A DNA stretch of 64,000 nucleotides from Candidatus Nomurabacteria bacterium (lineage in GTDB: Bacteria; Patescibacteriota; Dojkabacteria; SC72; JAHDCA01), in NCBI GenBank assembly GCA_020632375.1, contig JACKFR010000004.1, positions 1,921-65,920 of the forward strand, read 5' to 3'. Position 1 is the stretch's first letter, and each line of letters begins with the position of its first letter. The translations under genes and the position numbers were made by a program. Below are positions 16,926 to 26,385 of this stretch, piece after piece. The notes under the pieces were generated by a model. The model was not told where the DNA came from. It ran no database searches and worked only from the letters and a program-made list of their open reading frames with translations.

Positions 16926-17480
16926 ATGCCGTCTAAGATTCCGAAATCAATAAATCTGCTTAATCCTGTTGCTGCTCCCGAAGATATGTGGGAGAAGCTG
17001 TATGACTGGCTTTTCAATTTCGGTAAATATATCTTAATCTCTGTTGAAGCTGTTGTTCTGGTTGTTTTTATAGCGCGGTTCTCTTTAGACAGACAAAATA
17101 ATGATTTAACCGATCAGATAAATGCTCAGGTTGTCACTCTCGAGCAGCCTAAATACCGCCTGGATGAAGTTAAGTTTAAAAATTTTCATGAGCTTTTAAA
17201 AGCGATTAAAAAAGTCTCAGATACTCAACAGATTAATTCAACTGTAATAACGTCTATTTTAGACAGCGTTCCCGCGTATTTGGATCTCCAAAATATCAGC
17301 TACTCTTCGGGTACTGTAAATATGGTCTTTACCGCAAACGATTTTGAAGATGTTCAAAATTACGAGTCTATACTTAGAACAAATCCTTTATATGAAAACA
17401 TTCAGCTTAACCTTTCAAAAAGTGGCGATCAAAATTCAAAAGTAGATTTTTCAGTAACCTTTGATATTAAGAGTAGTTAG
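16926..17480 (+). CDS. PilN-like single-pass membrane protein (type IV pilus alignment complex), tentative
   Basis: N-terminal SINLLNP resembles the PilN INLLP motif. It is followed by one TM segment and a periplasmic-type domain, and the next gene is PilO-like. Confidence 0.4.
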   Translation: MPSKIPKSINLLNPVAAPEDMWEKLYDWLFNFGKYILISVEAVVLVVFIARFSLDRQNNDLTDQINAQVVTLEQPKYRLDEVKFKNFHELLKAIKKVSDTQQINSTVITSILDSVPAYLDLQNISYSSGTVNMVFTANDFEDVQNYESILRTNPLYENIQLNLSKSGDQNSKVDFSVTFDIKSS

Positions 17481-17500
17481 ATAATCTAAAACATTATTTG

Positions 17501-18091
17501 ATGGCAGTTGATGAAGTCGAGATAATCCAAACAAAGAAAAAACAGGTCTTTACTGTTGGGCTTCTTACAGCTTTTGTGTTGCTTGTTCTTATTGTTGGGG
17601 CAATACGTCCTTCAATTGCGACAATTGTAAAACTCAGAGAAGATATCGATAAGAAAGGGGTATTGTTAGAAGATCTCACAGACAAAATAAACACAATTGC
17701 TGGTTTAAATATTCAGTATAAAGATGTTGAAACCCGGGCTAAAGAAATAAGTCTGGTTTATCCTGATTCGGGCGATTTCAGTCTTGTGATGGCGAATATT
17801 GAAGAGGTGGCAAATAGAAGCGGATTTGAATTAAGTTCAATAAACTTTAATGGTGGATCATCTGAATACGAGATAAAAAGTGAGCTTTTCCAGGCCGAAG
17901 CCGTATCACTTAATGTAGTAGGGAGTAAATCAGATCTTCCAAATTTAATGAAGAATCTTGAAGCCATGCCGATGTTCCCTGTCATTGACCGGATCGGGTT
18001 TGCAAATGATCCAGACGAAAATGGCAACATAGACTTTAATATTTCACTTATTTTATTCCAGATTCATGATCGTGAAGACTTTTACCAATAA
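17501..18091 (+). CDS. PilO-like single-pass membrane protein, tentative
   Basis: Short N-terminus, a TM segment (LLTAFVLLVLIVGAI), a coiled-coil segment, then an alpha/beta domain. Adjacent to the PilN-like gene. The ATG at 17501 is preferred over the TTG at 17498. Confidence 0.35.
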   Translation: MAVDEVEIIQTKKKQVFTVGLLTAFVLLVLIVGAIRPSIATIVKLREDIDKKGVLLEDLTDKINTIAGLNIQYKDVETRAKEISLVYPDSGDFSLVMANIEEVANRSGFELSSINFNGGSSEYEIKSELFQAEAVSLNVVGSKSDLPNLMKNLEAMPMFPVIDRIGFANDPDENGNIDFNISLILFQIHDREDFYQ

Positions 18092-18109
18092 ATTAATGAA
18101 TACAAGATC

Positions 18110-18379
18110 TTGAGGTCATATATAATATTGATATTGGTTATTCTTTTTGTTGCAGCAGCTGCGTGGGTGGGTATTTCTGTCTACGATTCCGCAAATGGAG
18201 ATGATGTTAATCCTAGTGCCCAGCAGTATCTTACTCCTGTAGAGCCAACTTTTGATAAAGAAACAATAGATGCAGTAGGGGAAAGAATAGACTCTCTTCA
18301 GGTTAAACCGAAGATATTCATTGACCTTGAAAATACTACAGCTTCTTCACAAACAGATACAACGAATTCGTCTAACTAA
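18110..18379 (+). CDS. Small membrane-anchored protein (89 aa) of unknown function
   Basis: N-terminal TM segment ILILVILFVAAAAWVGISV. TTG start, which is uncertain. Last gene of the PilN/PilO-like cluster. Confidence 0.4.
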   Translation: MRSYIILILVILFVAAAAWVGISVYDSANGDDVNPSAQQYLTPVEPTFDKETIDAVGERIDSLQVKPKIFIDLENTTASSQTDTTNSSN

Positions 18380-18391
18380 ACCTTACAGGCT

Positions 18392-19483
18392 TTAGTCAGT
18401 TTCGATATAATCTTCGAGACGCTTTTGCATTGATTTTTCTTTGAGCTTTTTCAAAGCTTTTGCTTCTATTTGCCGTATTCTTTCGCGAGTGACACCAAAT
18501 TCTCTGCCAACTTCTTCCAATGTTCTGCTCACTCCGTCTTCTAATCCAAATCTAAGTATCAAGACGCGCTTTTCTCTTTCTTGGAGCGTGCCAAGGATTA
18601 ACTTCATTTGGTTTCTTAAATATTCGGTTGTTGCGATCTGTTCGGGTGATCTAGAAGCTTCATCAGGAAGGACATCTCTTAAATCGCTGTCTCCATCTTC
18701 TCCAATCGGTGTCGACAATGAAGAAGGATTTTGTGAAATCTTGAGAATCTCAAGGACTTTAGAGACTTCGATCCCCATCTCTTTGGCAATTTCTTCATTT
18801 GTGGGCTTTCGACCAAGCTTACTTGTTAGTGTCGCCTGGATCTTGTTAAATTTGTTTATTGTTTCAATCATGTGTACAGGAATGCGGATTGTTCTTGCCT
18901 GATCTGCGATAGCTCTTGTTATTGCCTGTCTTATCCACCATGTCGCATAGGTAGAAAATTTGTATCCTCTTTTGTAATCGAATTTTTCGACTGCTCTCAT
19001 AAGACCCATATTTCCTTCTTGAATCAAATCGAGTAGCTCTAAGCCTCTTTTGGCGTATTTCTTTGCAATGCTTACAACAAGTCGGAGATTTGCTGTTGTA
19101 AGAAGCTGTGTCGCTTCGTCATCACCAGCTTCTATTCGCTTTGCTAGAATGACTTCTTCTGCTTTTGTGAGAAGAGGAATTTTACCTATTTCATGAAGAT
19201 AGGAGCGAATTGCATCATTTGAGATCGTTGATTGGATAGTTTTGAGAATGCGAATTTTTTTCTCAAGAGTTAGTGTCTCTGCACCTTTCTCTTCATGTTC
19301 TTCTTCCGGTTCTAAAACAGCGACACCTGAGTCTTGCAATTGAGCAAAAACCTTGTCTAAAAAAACTATATCTTCTTCGGCCTGTGGGATCTCCGAGATT
19401 ATATCTTCTTGAGTAAGAAAGCCTTGATCTGTACCTTTCTTAACGAGACTAGAGAGAATATCTTCTTTGGTCTTTTTAGCCAT
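18392..19483 (-). CDS. rpoD: Primary RNA polymerase sigma factor (sigma-70 family)
   Basis: [27 protein letters not shown] (region 2.4/3.0), region 4 with [24 protein letters not shown], and an acidic region 1.1. Confidence 0.95.
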   Translation of the reverse strand: MAKKTKEDILSSLVKKGTDQGFLTQEDIISEIPQAEEDIVFLDKVFAQLQDSGVAVLEPEEEHEEKGAETLTLEKKIRILKTIQSTISNDAIRSYLHEIGKIPLLTKAEEVILAKRIEAGDDEATQLLTTANLRLVVSIAKKYAKRGLELLDLIQEGNMGLMRAVEKFDYKRGYKFSTYATWWIRQAITRAIADQARTIRIPVHMIETINKFNKIQATLTSKLGRKPTNEEIAKEMGIEVSKVLEILKISQNPSSLSTPIGEDGDSDLRDVLPDEASRSPEQIATTEYLRNQMKLILGTLQEREKRVLILRFGLEDGVSRTLEEVGREFGVTRERIRQIEAKALKKLKEKSMQKRLEDYIETD

Positions 19484-19514
19484 AGAAAAGTTTTATGCTA
19501 TAATATTAGGTACT

Positions 19515-19907
19515 ATGCAAAACCTAAACAAAACCGGTCCTAACGGTGACAATAGTAACACACAATCACCTTCTAGTAAATCTGATTCTGTAAACAGGAA
19601 GAGATTTTTCATAGATAATGTCGCTAGATTTTGTGATAAATGCGGACTCGAATATCGGGAAGAAGATGTTCATATTGTCCAAGAATCAAGGTTTTCTAGC
19701 ATTGTGCATTTTTCTTGTCCAGGCTGTAAATCCAATCATATAGCAACTTTCATTAAGCCAATGGGCATGAGCAATCGAGTGCCGATTAATACGGATCTAA
19801 ATGTTGATGAGATATCATCATTTGCCAGTAAGCCAGCAATCTCTTCTGATGATGTCCTAGAAATCTATGCGATTTTAGAAGAAATTGAGGTTCTGAAATC
19901 TTTTTAA
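19515..19907 (+). CDS. Zinc-ribbon protein of unknown function, divergent from rpoD
   Basis: CDKCG … CPGCKS (C-x2-C … C-x2-C). The start was moved to the ATG at 19515 because the longer ORF would overlap the rpoD start. Confidence 0.5.
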   Translation: MQNLNKTGPNGDNSNTQSPSSKSDSVNRKRFFIDNVARFCDKCGLEYREEDVHIVQESRFSSIVHFSCPGCKSNHIATFIKPMGMSNRVPINTDLNVDEISSFASKPAISSDDVLEIYAILEEIEVLKSF

Positions 19908-19918
19908 TCCGGGAAACT

Positions 19919-22900
19919 TTATTTGTATTGCCACGATAGATTAAGCTTTTTATCCTTTTTCATTTCAAGCTGGCCTGTAAGTGAGCTTATTGCATGGTTC
20001 AGTTCTGAAGAGTCAGTAACAGCCCAGTTGTCAGGGTAGATTATATCTACAGTGTATTTATATGGATCGGTACCTGGCTGTTTGTAAAGGTCCAAATCCA
20101 TATAGATGTTATCGCCTTCAATTGTGATTGGGAAGGCTCCGCTGGAAGTCTTCGTAGACGTATAGCTGACATTTAAGGAGTTCGCTGAACGGATTGGAAC
20201 ATTGAACCATCCAGAAACTACTTTGAAGCCGTCTTCTAAATATGTGTCATACTGGTTATCAAGCATCCCTATTATTGATGAAATCTGTGCTTGTTCTGGT
20301 AGGTAAACTCTTGCTCGATTGATATAGTCACCTTCTGGATAGATGTCTGTTTCTGCATTGTTCTTTATATCAAGAGAGTAGGTGTACCTTATTTCATCTT
20401 CGCTGAGTATTTCAACTCGAAGATTTACATTTCTTTCTAAAAATAGATTCGATTTATTCGCACCCCAATTCCATTCGACAGCAAATGGAGCCGATTCAAA
20501 CTCTTCTCCAACCTGACCAGTCCATTTATTATCATTGAAGTATTTGTTTGCATTTTTATTGTCGAGAGATATGAGCACATGCTTTTCTTCTAGGCCTTTA
20601 TAGAGTGATTTCAAAATAGTAGAATACTCTTTTTTGTCAGATAGAGCTTTTTTAATAACTTCATTTGCCAGATTCGCTATAAAAGTGGTCTTCTGAGTCG
20701 ATCCCGGAGTAAATTCTCTATGGATTTCAAAGATTTTGTTATATAGATTATCTCGTGTAACGAGTTCGTTTTCTCCAGGCACGCTAATACCTCCCCATCT
20801 ATCAAGAAGATCTTGTATAACACTTACATCAAGTGCAATTGCACCATCGATACTTGATGCTTTCCCTGCTTCTTTTACAAAAAATTCAGCGTCTTTTGAA
20901 GCTTTATCAAAATTGGGACTCCAGTTAGACAATGACATAGACCAATTAGAGATTCCAAGAGCACTTTGCATACTAATCGGTGCTGCAAAGGTTTTTTCTT
21001 CAACCGAAAGCTGCCCGTCGATATTGTAAATATCGTCTACATCGAGCTGTCTTATTTGCCCCCCCTCGATACCAATAACTGCATAACTTGATAGCCATCC
21101 TCCAGTACTTCTCAGTTCAGACGGGTTTTGCAAAAGAATTAAGTATCTCTGTCTCTCATCAACTCCTAATAGTTCTGGCAAGAAAGTTACCGTGCCTTTT
21201 ATTGGGTCGAGTAACTCTTGCACAGAGAGATTTTCTTTCTTAATGTCATTTACGAAAGGCTTTATTTTTTTAGGGAATGAATTTGTGTCTATTTCCTCAA
21301 CAATGTTGCTTGCCAGAGAAAGGTTGTAACTAGCCTTATCTAGCTGGCTGCGGTTAGATCTGAGCTGTTCAAGATACTCTCGGTATTCTCTTGTTGTTGT
21401 CGGGGTTTTGCTGTCAAAAGATATCGCTGGCTCGAATTGGTCTATATATTGAGCAAGCGGTATAAGTGCAACTGACATGTCATTTGCTCCTTTTGCTGCA
21501 TATTTTCCCGCAAAGACCATTTTTGAAAGATTTTGGTAGAGTTCTTCTTTCTGAGTAATGTCAAAAACCCATTGTAATCTTTGAAGAGAATTTTCAATAT
21601 TTCCGACTCTGGTTTCAATTTCACTGAGCTGGCTGTGTGCTTTATCTAAATTGAATTTGCGAGTATTGGAATAGGCTTCTTTGGAAAGGCTGTAAATTTT
21701 ATACCCGTTATATCCTAGTGAAGCTGCTGGAGTGAACAGAAAGTATGAAGCAACGCTTAGCACACTGAGAAGGATTAGAAAAACTCCAAAATTTCTCCAA
21801 CTTATATTGAACTTTTCTTTTCCTGTTGAGATTTTCAAGTAGCTTCCAATCTTTTTAAATGGAGAGAAAATCTTGTCTATAGCTTTTCCGAAATCTGTTT
21901 TCACAACTTGTGTGCTCTCTTTTTTCTTTTTTAATTCGGCTTCGCGAGCCTCCGGTTGTATTGGTTTGATGTTTTCTGACGGTTTTTTAGACCACTTTTT
22001 CTTCGAGACTCGGTAAATACTTTCAATCACTTCAATAAGTGCTTTTTCAAGAGTTACTTTTTGGACCCAACCATATTTTTCAGCATTTGGCGCAGGGGTA
22101 TATTGAGATTGCATTAGGAACTTGTCTTTTTCATCTTCTTTAAAAACAATATTTGTCGCATTTGTATTTAGCTCAAGTAGCTTGTAGGCAATTGAGAGTG
22201 TTGTTAGGGGTTTCGGGTTTGCAAGTGAGATTACTTCTCCGAGTGTGTCTTGTGAAAAGGTTAACTTCAGTATGCCGTAAACTAAATCATCAGCGTGTAT
22301 GACATAGTGAAGATCAAGACCTTCACCAAGTATTGTTATTCTGTCTTTTTTGACGCTATCATTTAAGATTTCACTTAATGAAGTGTCATCATTTATTTCA
22401 AAGGATTTTCCAAGGATAGAACCAACCCTGATAATTCTTGCATTCAATTTTGACCTATCGTGATACTCTGCTACCAATGTTTCTGAGTATCTTTGGACTT
22501 CTATTGCTGAATAAGGAGAGAGTTTGGCACCGTTCTGGTTCATTTGCTCTTCGGCAAGGCGTTTATTTAGACTTAATGAAGTGATTAACGCTGTTTTTGC
22601 GTCAAATTTCAGTGCAGATTTGAGTGCGGTGTCGAGATAGTTCGACTCTTCCAAAAAATCTTTGCTCCGGAAATCGTTTTTCAGGGTTAAGAGGTTGTTC
22701 TGCAGATAGAAGAGATAATCAAAACGCTTAATATTTTTGAAAAGCTCTTCAATCCCTTCAAAAGCAATAAAGTCTGTATCTGCAATCTTTTTGATTTTCG
22801 AAATATACTCTTTTTTTTCTGAACTGAATTTATCGACAACAATGATTCGGCTTCCTTGTTCATGAAGTCGTGTTGCAAGCTGAAGACCAAGCTCATTTGC

Positions 22901-22963
22901 TCCATGTACTAAAACTGAGACAAGCTTGGAGGACTTTACTTTTTTGAGATTACTCTGAGACAT
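19919..22963 (-). CDS. Giant envelope protein: degenerate Rossmann/epimerase-like N-domain, a TM segment and a DUF4012-type extracytoplasmic domain
   Basis: The N-terminus VLVHGANELGLQLATRL…IIVVDKF has G-A-N-E-L-G in place of GxxGxxG. The TM segment is FGVFLILLSVLSVASYFLF. LLQNPSELRSTGGWLSSYAVI matches the DUF4012 signature as I remember it. Confidence 0.7.
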   Translation of the reverse strand: MSQSNLKKVKSSKLVSVLVHGANELGLQLATRLHEQGSRIIVVDKFSSEKKEYISKIKKIADTDFIAFEGIEELFKNIKRFDYLFYLQNNLLTLKNDFRSKDFLEESNYLDTALKSALKFDAKTALITSLSLNKRLAEEQMNQNGAKLSPYSAIEVQRYSETLVAEYHDRSKLNARIIRVGSILGKSFEINDDTSLSEILNDSVKKDRITILGEGLDLHYVIHADDLVYGILKLTFSQDTLGEVISLANPKPLTTLSIAYKLLELNTNATNIVFKEDEKDKFLMQSQYTPAPNAEKYGWVQKVTLEKALIEVIESIYRVSKKKWSKKPSENIKPIQPEAREAELKKKKESTQVVKTDFGKAIDKIFSPFKKIGSYLKISTGKEKFNISWRNFGVFLILLSVLSVASYFLFTPAASLGYNGYKIYSLSKEAYSNTRKFNLDKAHSQLSEIETRVGNIENSLQRLQWVFDITQKEELYQNLSKMVFAGKYAAKGANDMSVALIPLAQYIDQFEPAISFDSKTPTTTREYREYLEQLRSNRSQLDKASYNLSLASNIVEEIDTNSFPKKIKPFVNDIKKENLSVQELLDPIKGTVTFLPELLGVDERQRYLILLQNPSELRSTGGWLSSYAVIGIEGGQIRQLDVDDIYNIDGQLSVEEKTFAAPISMQSALGISNWSMSLSNWSPNFDKASKDAEFFVKEAGKASSIDGAIALDVSVIQDLLDRWGGISVPGENELVTRDNLYNKIFEIHREFTPGSTQKTTFIANLANEVIKKALSDKKEYSTILKSLYKGLEEKHVLISLDNKNANKYFNDNKWTGQVGEEFESAPFAVEWNWGANKSNLFLERNVNLRVEILSEDEIRYTYSLDIKNNAETDIYPEGDYINRARVYLPEQAQISSIIGMLDNQYDTYLEDGFKVVSGWFNVPIRSANSLNVSYTSTKTSSGAFPITIEGDNIYMDLDLYKQPGTDPYKYTVDIIYPDNWAVTDSSELNHAISSLTGQLEMKKDKKLNLSWQYK

Positions 22964-23618
22964 CTGGAGCAGTTTGTTTCGATAAATTAGTCGGTATGGC
23001 TAATAGTTGGGCGTTTATATTTAGATTAAATCCTTGTCGGATAATAATTGGAATCTCAACTGTTTCGTACCCTTTCTTACTTAATTTTATCTTATATTCT
23101 CCTTCAGTAACTTTTGCTAGGTCTAGTGGTGTTCTACCCATTGTCTCATCGTCAATCAATATCGTGGCATCTATTTGGTTTGATGTTATTGTCATAAAGC
23201 CTTCATTTGCGGAGGTATTTGGCGAAGGGGTGTAATAGATGATATATCCCGCAAGTGAGTCATCTGGTCCGATTTCAATATTAATTACAGATTCAGTGTT
23301 TTGGTATAGATCAACCGCAAAAGAATGCTCCTTATAAAAGGTCTCTTTTTCGCTTGTAGTCGTACGCTTTAAAGTAACTTCATATTGGCCCTCTTTTAGT
23401 TCTTGGAGTGTTAATGGTGTCTCACCATACGAGGTCCCATTTATTGATATCTCTGCAATTCCGTTGATGCTCGTTATTGTAAGTGATGTGTTTTGATAAA
23501 GATCTTTAAATATTGGGAATTTAGACAGAATTTCTTCTGTAGATTGTGAAAATACAAAAATTGAGAGTAGCACAACTATTACAAAAGAGATAATTATTAG
23601 TACAAGATTCTTCTTCAT
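22950..23618 (-). CDS. PEGA-domain protein (two PEGA repeats), secreted or membrane-anchored
   Basis: N-terminal TM segment or signal sequence, then two PEGA-like repeats: ISINGTSYGETPLTLQELKEGQYEVTLK and ILIDDETMGRTPLDLAKVTEGEYKIKLSKKGYE. Confidence 0.7.
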   Translation of the reverse strand: MKKNLVLIIISFVIVVLLSIFVFSQSTEEILSKFPIFKDLYQNTSLTITSINGIAEISINGTSYGETPLTLQELKEGQYEVTLKRTTTSEKETFYKEHSFAVDLYQNTESVINIEIGPDDSLAGYIIYYTPSPNTSANEGFMTITSNQIDATILIDDETMGRTPLDLAKVTEGEYKIKLSKKGYETVEIPIIIRQGFNLNINAQLLAIPTNLSKQTAPDVSE

Positions 23619-23681
23619 GATGGTTCATTATAGTGTAGGCATTTGTCTATGTCTATCTGGAGTTATTGCCTAAGTATTGTT

Positions 23682-24944
23682 TTAGTAGGAGTATTTGGAT
23701 TCGGGGGTTTCCTTATCAGACTTAAACTTTTTTTTGGCTTCTTTTTTTGTCGAAACCATATGGATTGAAAGTATTCCAAGCCCGATTATAAAGACTCCAA
23801 ATATCACATAGAAAAATTTGTAAGCTTCAGTTGTCAATATCGCAAGAGAGCCGACAAACATTGTCACTGTGACTTCAATTAAGACAATTTGCCTGACATT
23901 AAAGTCTAATTTAAGAAGCTGGTGATGAATATGATTTGAATCTGAAGTTCTCATAATATTAACAGGCAAAAGAAGAAAATCTTTAAAGGTCTTTGGTTTT
24001 TGAAGAGCTAGTCTTTTGAGAATTACAAAGCAAAAATCAGCGAAAGGTAAGAGTAGAATGAGTATTGTTGTTGCAACTTTTGCTTCATTGACGATTGACA
24101 TTACAGCTACGATAAAGCCGTAGGTCGCTCTCGTTCCAGCAGATCCAATCTTTGCAGGGGGAAGATTGAAGATTGTAAAACCACTAATGCTGCCTGCCAT
24201 AATGATGCTTACTACTGCAACTAATAAAATCTCAAACCTAATCGCAAGTATAAATAGCAACAGGAAGGTAACAATAAGATTGCTTTCCATCAGTGCATCG
24301 ACTCCAGATATCCATTTGACTGCATTGATTGTTGCGACAATCCAAAGAATCATCAAAAGGTCACCCGGAAATACAAATTCTAGCGGGATCTTGAGAAACT
24401 CTGCTTTCCAGATAAAAGAATCAAGTGTTAATATGCCATAAATCGGCAGATTTATAAGTGTTATATTAACTACTGATATTGCAACGATAAGTGCCGCTAA
24501 GAACTGGATAATAAAAGCAGTCGTTGCCGGAAGATTATAAATATCGTCTACTATGCCTCCGGCAGTAAGAATCAGTATACCGATGATAAAGGGGATAGTG
24601 ACTGCTCCAGGGTGAATAAATAATGCTAACAATACTAAGAGCGGGATTATGACTCCGAGACCACCCAATAAAGCGTATTGGTTGGGATTTATTCTTCTGT
24701 TTTGATTTTCAAATCTATTTAACTTATTTCTGCTCCTTTTTTGAGTATCGTTTACAACATCATACTTTCTCGCAAGATATCCGACAATTGGGGTTAAGAG
24801 AAAACTCGCTGCAAATGCAATCAAGAAGATCGGTATAAACTTAGTATATCTGTGGTACGCATCGGGTAACCAGCTCAGACCTGTGCTGTTGTAGTAAAGG
24901 GTTGTTAATACTTTTGTTGCTCCATCAAACATTGTAACTTGCAA
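23682..24944 (-). CDS. Family-4 glycosyltransferase (WecA/MraY-like polyprenyl-phosphate sugar-1-phosphate transferase)
   Basis: About 10 TM segments, GGIVDDIYNLPA (DD motif), and histidines in a C-terminal cytoplasmic loop (SDSNHIHHQLL). Confidence 0.8.
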   Translation of the reverse strand: MQVTMFDGATKVLTTLYYNSTGLSWLPDAYHRYTKFIPIFLIAFAASFLLTPIVGYLARKYDVVNDTQKRSRNKLNRFENQNRRINPNQYALLGGLGVIIPLLVLLALFIHPGAVTIPFIIGILILTAGGIVDDIYNLPATTAFIIQFLAALIVAISVVNITLINLPIYGILTLDSFIWKAEFLKIPLEFVFPGDLLMILWIVATINAVKWISGVDALMESNLIVTFLLLFILAIRFEILLVAVVSIIMAGSISGFTIFNLPPAKIGSAGTRATYGFIVAVMSIVNEAKVATTILILLLPFADFCFVILKRLALQKPKTFKDFLLLPVNIMRTSDSNHIHHQLLKLDFNVRQIVLIEVTVTMFVGSLAILTTEAYKFFYVIFGVFIIGLGILSIHMVSTKKEAKKKFKSDKETPESKYSY

Positions 24945-25395
24945 TCAATTTGGCCAAAGAAAGAGTTAATATAAGTGCGCAAGAAAACATAACGATAAGT
25001 GCGAAATTAATAGTGTGAGGCCGCCGATTGAAAACCTTGTATCCTGCAAGTGAATTTATCACTATAGAGACAATTGTTATTGTTGGGAAGAGGTAAAGGA
25101 ATTCTTTTTCTGCGAGTCGTAAGCTTAGGTCGCTATAGCCTTTAAAAACAGGTAGCACCCCCGGAAGTTTTGGAAGGTACCTATTGAGATAGTAAAACTG
25201 AACGATAACTAAGAATACTGTAAATCCAATAAGGATCCATGTCGGAGAGTTTCTTATAAAAAGCTTGCTTTCAAAAATTCTCAATCTCTTGAAAAAAAAG
25301 TTTTTAACAGCATATAGGTTATTAGAAAAAGGCTCTTTAAGCTGTAAATCGAATTGGGGATCTTGTTCTGAAATTTTCTTTGTCTCTTTATTCAT
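24925..25395 (-). CDS. Hypothetical polytopic membrane protein (156 aa)
   Basis: Three to four hydrophobic segments. Overlaps the GT4 gene start by 20 nt. Confidence 0.5.
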   Translation of the reverse strand: MNKETKKISEQDPQFDLQLKEPFSNNLYAVKNFFFKRLRIFESKLFIRNSPTWILIGFTVFLVIVQFYYLNRYLPKLPGVLPVFKGYSDLSLRLAEKEFLYLFPTITIVSIVINSLAGYKVFNRRPHTINFALIVMFSCALILTLSLAKLIASYNV

Positions 25396-25458
25396 CGATT
25401 AATTATATCAAATGATTTCGATACTCCAGAAGAATTCTCTTGAATAGTAGCCGTCTGG

Positions 25459-26385
25459 TTACGAGATTCTAAAATCCCAAACCCCAGCTTTTTGTACAAA
25501 TTTCTTTTTACATGATTTGCAACTTGCCGTATTCCCGTCTATTGAAATCTCACTTTTGCACTCAGGGCAGGCTAAGATATCTTCAAAATTGCTATCAATA
25601 AACTGCTCATTCCCGGGATTTACAGCTTGTGCTTTATAAATAATACTTGGGGAAATATTTAGGCTATTTATTGGGGAAGCTTGCAATAATTTTTCAAAGG
25701 TCAATAAAATCCCCAATGAAAGGTTCTTTTTAAGCCAGGAGACTCGTAGAAAAGATACACATTGAGACTTTGATATCTTAAAAAGATTCTCCAGAAGTTT
25801 AAAGCGGATATATCTGGGAGCGAAGTTTAAGAAAACTGTCTCTTCCTTGCTGCCTGAAGCAGTATCCTTGTGTTTTTGCTGGTATGGAGTTAGGTCAAAA
25901 TTTCTAAAATCAAGTTGAAGAAGCCATTTTATGACGGCCTTAATATGAAATTTGTTGGCAAATTCGAGAATAAATATTGATTTATCGATAAAGATTTGGC
26001 TTAGCTCATTAAAAAGAGTCTCAATGTCTTCGATATGGTGAATTGTCCTGAACATTATACCTCCATCAAAAGACCCCGCTTTGAAAGGCAATTTGTAAGC
26101 ATTTGCGGCGACAAGGGTTACATTGGGGAATCTTTCAGTAATTTCCTTCTGATATTTTTTAAGAGTGTCATATGAGTAATCTACAATGACAACTGAATCA
26201 AAATGGGAGTAGTAAATATCTAGCAAGCGACCATATGATCCACCTAGATCAATCATTCTTTTACCCTGGACATCACTAAAAAGCTTTTTTAACGCATAGA
26301 CCTCTGCTTCGTGCTCATACTCCCTGCCGCTCCAGTATGTCTTGTAGTCATACTTATATTTGTCGTAGTTAGCTAATTTTGTCAT
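25459..26385 (-). CDS. Class I SAM-dependent methyltransferase with a C-terminal Trm112-like zinc ribbon
   Basis: Motif I MIDLGGSYGRL. C-terminal CPECKSEISIDGNTASCKSCKKKF. Confidence 0.75.
   Translation of the reverse strand: MTKLANYDKYKYDYKTYWSGREYEHEAEVYALKKLFSDVQGKRMIDLGGSYGRLLDIYYSHFDSVVIVDYSYDTLKKYQKEITERFPNVTLVAANAYKLPFKAGSFDGGIMFRTIHHIEDIETLFNELSQIFIDKSIFILEFANKFHIKAVIKWLLQLDFRNFDLTPYQQKHKDTASGSKEETVFLNFAPRYIRFKLLENLFKISKSQCVSFLRVSWLKKNLSLGILLTFEKLLQASPINSLNISPSIIYKAQAVNPGNEQFIDSNFEDILACPECKSEISIDGNTASCKSCKKKFVQKAGVWDFRIS

Noticed and set aside
21059-21065. A C7/G7 homopolymer in the middle of the DUF4012 gene as a phase-variation tract.
   Set aside because: It encodes an in-frame Gly-Gly within a conserved-looking segment (IEGGQI), and there is no downstream restart option. 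It is shorter than, and less suggestively placed than, the G8 tract at 8258-8265.
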